Under the pieces are notes generated by a model that was given only the letters and a program-made list of their open reading frames with translations, was not told the origin of the DNA and searched no databases. Shown piece by piece: positions 39,622 through 44,462 of a stretch of 44,462 nucleotides of DNA. Source of the DNA: an uncultured Clostridia bacterium (GTDB taxonomy: Bacteria; Bacillota; Clostridia; Tissierellales; Peptoniphilaceae); contig CAMEGD010000001.1 in assembly GCA_945916025.1 (NCBI GenBank), positions 1-44,462 of the forward strand, written 5' to 3'. The translations under genes and the position numbers were made by a program. Every line of letters starts with the position of its first letter. The first letter of the stretch is position 1.

Positions 39622-40464
39622 ATGAAAACAGTTCATACTGACAAAATTACTGAAGAAGTAAGAAGAATGTGTATTGAAGCAGCATACTTTTTACCAGAAG
39701 ATGTAAGAAAGGCCCTTGAAGATGCAAGGGACAAGGAAGAATGGAAATTATCACAAGAAATCTTAGATCAAATTCTTGCAAATGGTGAAATAGCTAGAAC
39801 AGAACATGTACCATACTGCCAAGATACAGGGATGATAGTTGTATTTGTAGAAATGGGTCAAGACGTTCACATTGAAGGTGGATGGATTGAAGATGCTATT
39901 AACGAAGGTGTAAGACAAGGCTATGCTGATGGATTTTTAAGAAAGTCAGTAGTAAATGATCCAATCGAAAGAATCAACACTAAAGACAACACTCCTGCAG
40001 TTATTAACTACAGTGTAGTTGAAGGAGATCAACTAAAAATTACAATAGCTGCTAAGGGCTTTGGCTCAGAAAATATGTCAAGACTTGCAATGTTAAAACC
40101 AGCTGATGGTATAGAAGGTGTAAAGAAGTTTATACTAGAAACTGTAGAACTTGCTGGTCCTAATCCATGTCCACCAATTATTGTTGGTGTTGGTATTGGA
40201 GGAACTTTTGACAAGGTTACTAGAATAGCTAAAGAAGTATTAATGAGACCTTTAGATGAGTATAACGAAAATCCTTTCTATGCTGATTTAGAAAAAGAAA
40301 TGGAAGAAAAAATAGCAGCTCTTGGTATTGGGCCACAAGGTTTTGGTGGTAAGACTACAGCTTTAAGAGTTATGATAGACACATATCCAACTCATATTGC
40401 AGGACTTCCAATTGGTGTAAATATCCAATGCCACGCAGCTAGACACAAAGAAGTTATATTTTAA
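39622..40464 (+). CDS. Class I Fe-S hydro-lyase alpha subunit (fumarase/tartrate dehydratase family), probable mesaconase
   Basis: CQDTG, KGFGSEN, PCPP..GVGIGG, GIGPQGFGG and CHAARH. Lies directly after mal. Confidence 0.88.
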   Translation: MKTVHTDKITEEVRRMCIEAAYFLPEDVRKALEDARDKEEWKLSQEILDQILANGEIARTEHVPYCQDTGMIVVFVEMGQDVHIEGGWIEDAINEGVRQGYADGFLRKSVVNDPIERINTKDNTPAVINYSVVEGDQLKITIAAKGFGSENMSRLAMLKPADGIEGVKKFILETVELAGPNPCPPIIVGVGIGGTFDKVTRIAKEVLMRPLDEYNENPFYADLEKEMEEKIAALGIGPQGFGGKTTALRVMIDTYPTHIAGLPIGVNIQCHAARHKEVIF

Positions 40465-40475
40465 GGGGGATTGAA

Positions 40476-41036
40476 ATGATTAAACTTAAAACTCCATTTA
40501 AAGCTGAAGACTTAAAAGACTTAAAAGCAGGAGATAATGTTCTAATTAGTGGATATATCTATACAGGAAGAGATGCTGCCCACAAGAGACTAGTAGACTT
40601 ATTAGATCAAGGAAAAGAACTTCCAATTGATGTTGATGGAGCAGTAATCTATTATGTAGGGCCAACTCCAGCAAAAGAAGGTAGACCTATAGGTTCAGCT
40701 GGACCAACTACTGCTTATAGAATGGACCCATATGCACCTAGACTATTAGATTTAGGTCTAAAAGGCATGATTGGTAAGGGCAAAAGATCCAAAGAAGTAA
40801 AGGAAGCTATTGTTAGAAATGGCGCAGTTTACTTTGCTGCAATAGGTGGAGCTGCTGCTTTAATTGCTAAATCTGTTAAGGAAGCTGAAGTAATTGCTTA
40901 TGAAGATTTAGGACCAGAAGCAATTAGAAGACTTTATGTAGAAGATTTTCCATGTACTGTAGAAGTTGATTCTAAGGGTGTTGACCTTTATGAAACAGGT
41001 CGAAAGGAGTATTTAGATTGGCTAAACGAGAAATAA
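40476..41036 (+). CDS. Class I Fe-S hydro-lyase beta subunit, probable mesaconase
   Basis: TGRDAAHKRL, GPTTAYRMD, MIGKG and DLGPEAI. Confidence 0.88.
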   Translation: MIKLKTPFKAEDLKDLKAGDNVLISGYIYTGRDAAHKRLVDLLDQGKELPIDVDGAVIYYVGPTPAKEGRPIGSAGPTTAYRMDPYAPRLLDLGLKGMIGKGKRSKEVKEAIVRNGAVYFAAIGGAAALIAKSVKEAEVIAYEDLGPEAIRRLYVEDFPCTVEVDSKGVDLYETGRKEYLDWLNEK

Positions 41037-41287
41037 ACAAGCCAGCTAGGGCTGGTTCTGCTGAATCTAATGATATTTTAGTTATAATATCACCTTCAGA
41101 TGAACTAAAGATAGATGTATCAAGTGAAGTTTCCCTTCAATACGGCTCTGAAATTAAAAGAGTAATTGAAGAAAAGCTTGCAGAAATGGAAGTAGAAAAT
41201 GCCCAAGTAAAAGTTGAAGATAAGGGAGCTCTTGATTTTACAATTAGGGCTAGAGTTGAATCAGCTGTATTAAGGGGGTCCAAATAA
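41018..41287 (+). CDS. citD: CitD-like acyl carrier protein (probable citramalate lyase gamma subunit)
   Basis: AGSAESND (prosthetic-group Ser motif, compare AGTLESSD), QYG and DKGALDFTIRARV. TTG start with AAGGAG SD. Confidence 0.88.
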   Translation: MAKREINKPARAGSAESNDILVIISPSDELKIDVSSEVSLQYGSEIKRVIEEKLAEMEVENAQVKVEDKGALDFTIRARVESAVLRGSK

Positions 41288-42144
41288 TGTATAAATCTAT
41301 GCTATTTATGCCTGGAAATAACCCTGGTATGTTATTTTCATCATCAATTCTAGGAGCAGATGCAATTATTATTGACCTTGAAGATGCTGTTAGTGCATCA
41401 GAAAAGGATGCTGCTAGGATTTTAGTTAGAGAATATTTAGAAAGCTTTGAAAATCCAACTGATGTCTTAGTAAGGGTTAACCCTACTGATACTCCATATT
41501 TTGAAGAAGATATAAATATGATTATGAATCTTAAAATAGATGCTATAATGCTACCTAAGGCTTCAGTAGAATCAGTAAAGACTTTAGATGAGATTTTAAC
41601 AAAAAACAATTGTGACCACAGAGTATTTGCCCTTATTGAAACAGCTATGGGTGTTGAAAACTCATTAAATATCTTAAGTGCTTCAGATAGGATTATTGGA
41701 GTACTACTAGGAGCAGAAGACCTTACCCTAGATTTAGGTGCAGAAAGAACTAAAGCTTCTGAAGAAATTAGATATTCAAGACAAAAAATAGTTGCTGTAT
41801 CAAAGGCTTTAGAAATCCAAGCTATTGATACACCATTTACAGATACAGATGATATTGAAGGATTAAAGAAAGACACAGAATTTGCTAAATCAATGGGTAT
41901 GACAGGAAAGGCTGCTATATCTCCAAGACACGTTCAAACTATTAACAAAATTTTCTCTCCAACTGAAAAGGAAATAGAACATGCAGTTAGGGTTTGTGAA
42001 GGTGCTATTGATGCAAAAGAAAAGGGACTTGGTGCTTGGTCTTTAGATGGTAAAATGGTTGATGCTCCAATTATTAAGAGGGCAGTTAACTTACTAAGAT
42101 CTACACCATACTTTAAGGAGGAATATAATGACTTACTTAAATAA
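41287..42144 (+). CDS. citE: CitE-like acyl-ACP lyase (probable citramalyl-ACP lyase beta subunit)
   Basis: SMLFMPGNNP, DLEDAV, VRVN, IETAMG, GAEDL, GKAAISPRH and DGKMVDAP. Confidence 0.88.
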   Translation: MYKSMLFMPGNNPGMLFSSSILGADAIIIDLEDAVSASEKDAARILVREYLESFENPTDVLVRVNPTDTPYFEEDINMIMNLKIDAIMLPKASVESVKTLDEILTKNNCDHRVFALIETAMGVENSLNILSASDRIIGVLLGAEDLTLDLGAERTKASEEIRYSRQKIVAVSKALEIQAIDTPFTDTDDIEGLKKDTEFAKSMGMTGKAAISPRHVQTINKIFSPTEKEIEHAVRVCEGAIDAKEKGLGAWSLDGKMVDAPIIKRAVNLLRSTPYFKEEYNDLLK

Positions 42145-43606
42145 AGATATAAATGAAATAGAACTATTAAGTAAAGAAGATTATCCTCAAAAAGGTAAAA
42201 AACCTTCTAAAATAAGAGAAGACCTTCCTAAGTTAATTAAAGAACTAGGAATAAAAGATGGAGACAGCATATCCTTCCACCATCACCTAAGAAATGGTGA
42301 CAGAGTCTTAGTTCATGTTATGAAGGCTATCCAAAAAGCTGGAATAAAGGACATTACTTTAGTAGCAAGTTCAATATTCCCAAGTATGGCTGAAATAGTT
42401 GAACTTATTGAAGATGGAACTATTACTAATGTAGTAAGTTCTTACATTTCAGGTCCAGTTGGAGAAGCTATCTCTAAAGGAAAACTTAAAGGTAAAGTAA
42501 TAATGCAATCTCACGGTGGAAGAGCTAGGGCTATTCTTGCAGATGAAGTTGTAATTAACTATGCCTTTATAGCAGCACCATCATGTGATATGAAGGGAAA
42601 TATTTCTGGAACAAATGGACCTAACTCTTGTGGAGCATTAGGCTATGCTATGTCTGACGCAGTAAAGGGACAAAAGACTATTGCAGTTACAGACTATATT
42701 GCTGGATATCCAAACTTCCCAGCTGATATTACAGAAGATTATATAGACTATATATACAAGGTGGATTCTATAGGAGAAAAAACTGGTATTGTATCAGGAA
42801 CAACTATGATTACAAAAGACCCAGTTGGCCTTAAAATTGCTCAAGATACACTAAAGGCTATGATAGCAACAGGACTTGTTCAAAAGGGACTAAGCTTCCA
42901 AACAGGTGCTGGTGGAATATCATTAGCAGTTGCTGACTATCTAAGGGACTACATGAAGGAAAACGAAATTGTAGGATCCTTTGCATCAGGTGGTATTACT
43001 GGTTATTTAGTAGACATGCTAGAAGAAGGCTTATTTGAGGCCCTATTTGATGTTCAATGTTTTGACCTTAAGGCAGTTGAATCAATAGGCAAAAATGCAA
43101 ACCATCTAAAAATGAGTGGTTCACTATACGGTAACCCAGATGTATCCTGTGTAGTAGACAACCTTGATATAGTAATACTCGGAGCTACTGAAATAGACAC
43201 AGACTTTAATGTAAATGTAACTACTGGATCCCATGGTATGTTAATGGGTGGATCAGGTGGTCACCAAGATACAGCCTTTGGAGCTAAGGTTTCTATTATA
43301 GTTTCTAAGTTATTCTCATCTAGAATTCCATTTATTAAGGACAGAGTAGATGTAATAACAACTCCAGGAAACACAGTAGACATTCTAGTTACAGAAAGAG
43401 GAATTTCTATAAATCCACTAAGGACAGACTTAATTGAAAAATTCAAGGCTGCTAAAGTAGACATCATTGATATTCACGACCTTAAAAAATACGCTGAATC
43501 AGTAATGGGTGTTCCTAAGAAAATTGAAAAGACTGATAGGATAGTTGGTCTATCTCAATCTAGAACTGGAGATATCCTAGACTATATCTATGAAGTAAAA
43601 CACTAA
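42128..43606 (+). CDS. citF: CitF-like ACP transferase (probable citramalate lyase alpha subunit)
   Basis: SFHHHLRNGD, SHGGRARA, FQTGAGG, GGITG, GGSGGHQD and TPG..VDILVTERG. Confidence 0.9.
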   Translation: MTYLNKDINEIELLSKEDYPQKGKKPSKIREDLPKLIKELGIKDGDSISFHHHLRNGDRVLVHVMKAIQKAGIKDITLVASSIFPSMAEIVELIEDGTITNVVSSYISGPVGEAISKGKLKGKVIMQSHGGRARAILADEVVINYAFIAAPSCDMKGNISGTNGPNSCGALGYAMSDAVKGQKTIAVTDYIAGYPNFPADITEDYIDYIYKVDSIGEKTGIVSGTTMITKDPVGLKIAQDTLKAMIATGLVQKGLSFQTGAGGISLAVADYLRDYMKENEIVGSFASGGITGYLVDMLEEGLFEALFDVQCFDLKAVESIGKNANHLKMSGSLYGNPDVSCVVDNLDIVILGATEIDTDFNVNVTTGSHGMLMGGSGGHQDTAFGAKVSIIVSKLFSSRIPFIKDRVDVITTPGNTVDILVTERGISINPLRTDLIEKFKAAKVDIIDIHDLKKYAESVMGVPKKIEKTDRIVGLSQSRTGDILDYIYEVKH

Positions 43607-43613
43607 GAATACT

Positions 43614-43642
43614 AAAAGAAGGGGGCAACTCCTTCTTTTTTT
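43614..43642 (+). terminator. Terminator closing the glutamate operon
   Basis: AAAAGAAGGGG-GCAA-CTCCTTCTTTT followed by a T run. Confidence 0.88.
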
Positions 43643-43662
43643 ATACATAAAAAGTTGATAAA

Positions 43663-43908
43663 ATGTACCAATATGATTATTTATCAAGACAAATAAAAGC
43701 AGTTAGTGAAATGTTGACTATACTAATTTTTGGAAAGTCTAATACTAATAAAGATGAAATTATCTTAAATGGACAAGATGATGAAAACTACAAGCTAATA
43801 AAAAAATATTTAGAAGAAATAAATTATAACCAGGCAGAAAATACCTTATTTCTTTTATTAGAAGATAGAAGTATAAATCCCAAAAGAAATTACTCTATGG
43901 TTATTTAA
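43663..43908 (+). pseudogene. Truncated small helical protein (DUF6483-like), N-terminal part
   Basis: MYQYDYLSRQI.. and INYNQAENTLF resemble DUF6483. The expected continuation (YNYIDTMSDTDL) lies in the next frame. Confidence 0.5.
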
Positions 43909-44321
43909 TGTATAACTACATTGATACCATGTCTGATACAGATTTGGTAGAAGTTCAATTTGCAGGAACTCACCCAGCTTCTGTTGAACTAATTGCAAAT
44001 AACAGAGTTAATTTTGGAGCATTTTGTTGTGAATATGGGGAAGGTTATGAAGATAAAATTAAAATAATATACCAACAACAAGTATCAGCAAATCTTTTTT
44101 GGGCAAATAGCGAAAATGTGGATCCAGAGCACATAGATGCAATTATAGAACACTTTACTAGTCTAATACCTGAAAATGTTACAGCAAAAAACTTCTTTGC
44201 ACCTGAAGGAGAAACAGCAAGTGACCAAAATGATTATGCAATTAACTATAAAGATAGGTATGTAACAGTAGAACCTTCTTATTTTGACTTTTTAGAAAAA
44301 ATGTTTGAAGACGAAATGTAG
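43908..44321 (+). pseudogene. Chimeric ORF carrying a C-terminal fragment of a PhnD-like phosphate/phosphonate-binding protein
   Basis: VQFAGTHPASVELIANNRVNFGA matches the PhnD FAGSH..V..G.VD motif. There is no signal peptide or N-terminal lobe. Confidence 0.55.
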
Positions 44322-44334
44322 AACCTAAAATTTT

Positions 44335-44368
44335 AAAATGATGAGGGATAATCCCTTGTCATTTTTTT
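44335..44368 (+). terminator. Rho-independent terminator
   Basis: AAAATGATGAGGGA-TAA-TCCCTTGTCATTTT followed by a T run. Confidence 0.8.
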
Positions 44369-44393
44369 GAATTGAAAAAATAACCTAAATTGT

Positions 44394-44422
44394 TCGACAC
44401 TTTCAGTTACTGGTGTTATAAT
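44394..44422 (+). promoter_or_regulatory. sigma-A promoter for a gene beyond the window
   Basis: TCGACA, 17-nt spacer, TG-T-TATAAT (hexamer 44417-44422). Confidence 0.6.
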
Positions 44423-44462
44423 TTATATGTTAAATATAAAAACATTGCTTTAAGACTTACAA

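Noticed and set aside
41250-41876. 208-aa antisense ORF, and the many similar Ser/Phe/Ile-rich antisense ORFs in the track
   Set aside because: These are shadows of well-supported genes produced by codon bias, with no SD or recognisable motifs.
1-44462. CRISPR array, IS element, prophage, rRNA or tRNA
   Set aside because: I saw no spaced direct repeats, transposase, integrase or phage genes, or structural RNA signatures. Short degenerate elements could be missed by eye.

Overview
AT-rich chromosomal segment of an anaerobic Firmicute. Gene content and order suggest Tissierellia/Peptoniphilaceae or a related clostridial lineage; this taxonomy is inferred, not proven. Most of the window is housekeeping: hemZ, an atypical MurE-like ligase, an Asp T-box ahead of aspS-rseC, a ThrE exporter pair, the DUF512 radical SAM-der-plsY-gpsA-HlyD-like-yggS-sepF-ylmH-lspA-rluD-pyrR cluster, pepT, an ABC exporter, an aldo/keto reductase, hpf, an XRE-cupin-potABCD operon, a beta-CASP nuclease and nagB. 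The main findings are: (1) a nine-gene operon (35029-43606) that looks like a complete B12-dependent methylaspartate glutamate-fermentation route, with glutamate mutase S/L/E, methylaspartase, a split class I fumarase (probably mesaconase) and CitD/E/F homologues (probably the ACP-dependent citramalate lyase); (2) an AcpS-NnrD fusion followed directly by an intact MazF/EndoA toxin with no antitoxin gene; (3) a Mur ligase whose substrate-specificity motifs are replaced; (4) a probably leaderless transcript for the DUF512-der operon; (5) gene-decay scars, namely a yfcC pseudogene, a 21-codon pepD-like stub, and a DUF6483-like/PhnD-like chimera. I saw no rRNA, tRNA, CRISPR array or intact mobile element. 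All family assignments come from motif recognition, not database searches.
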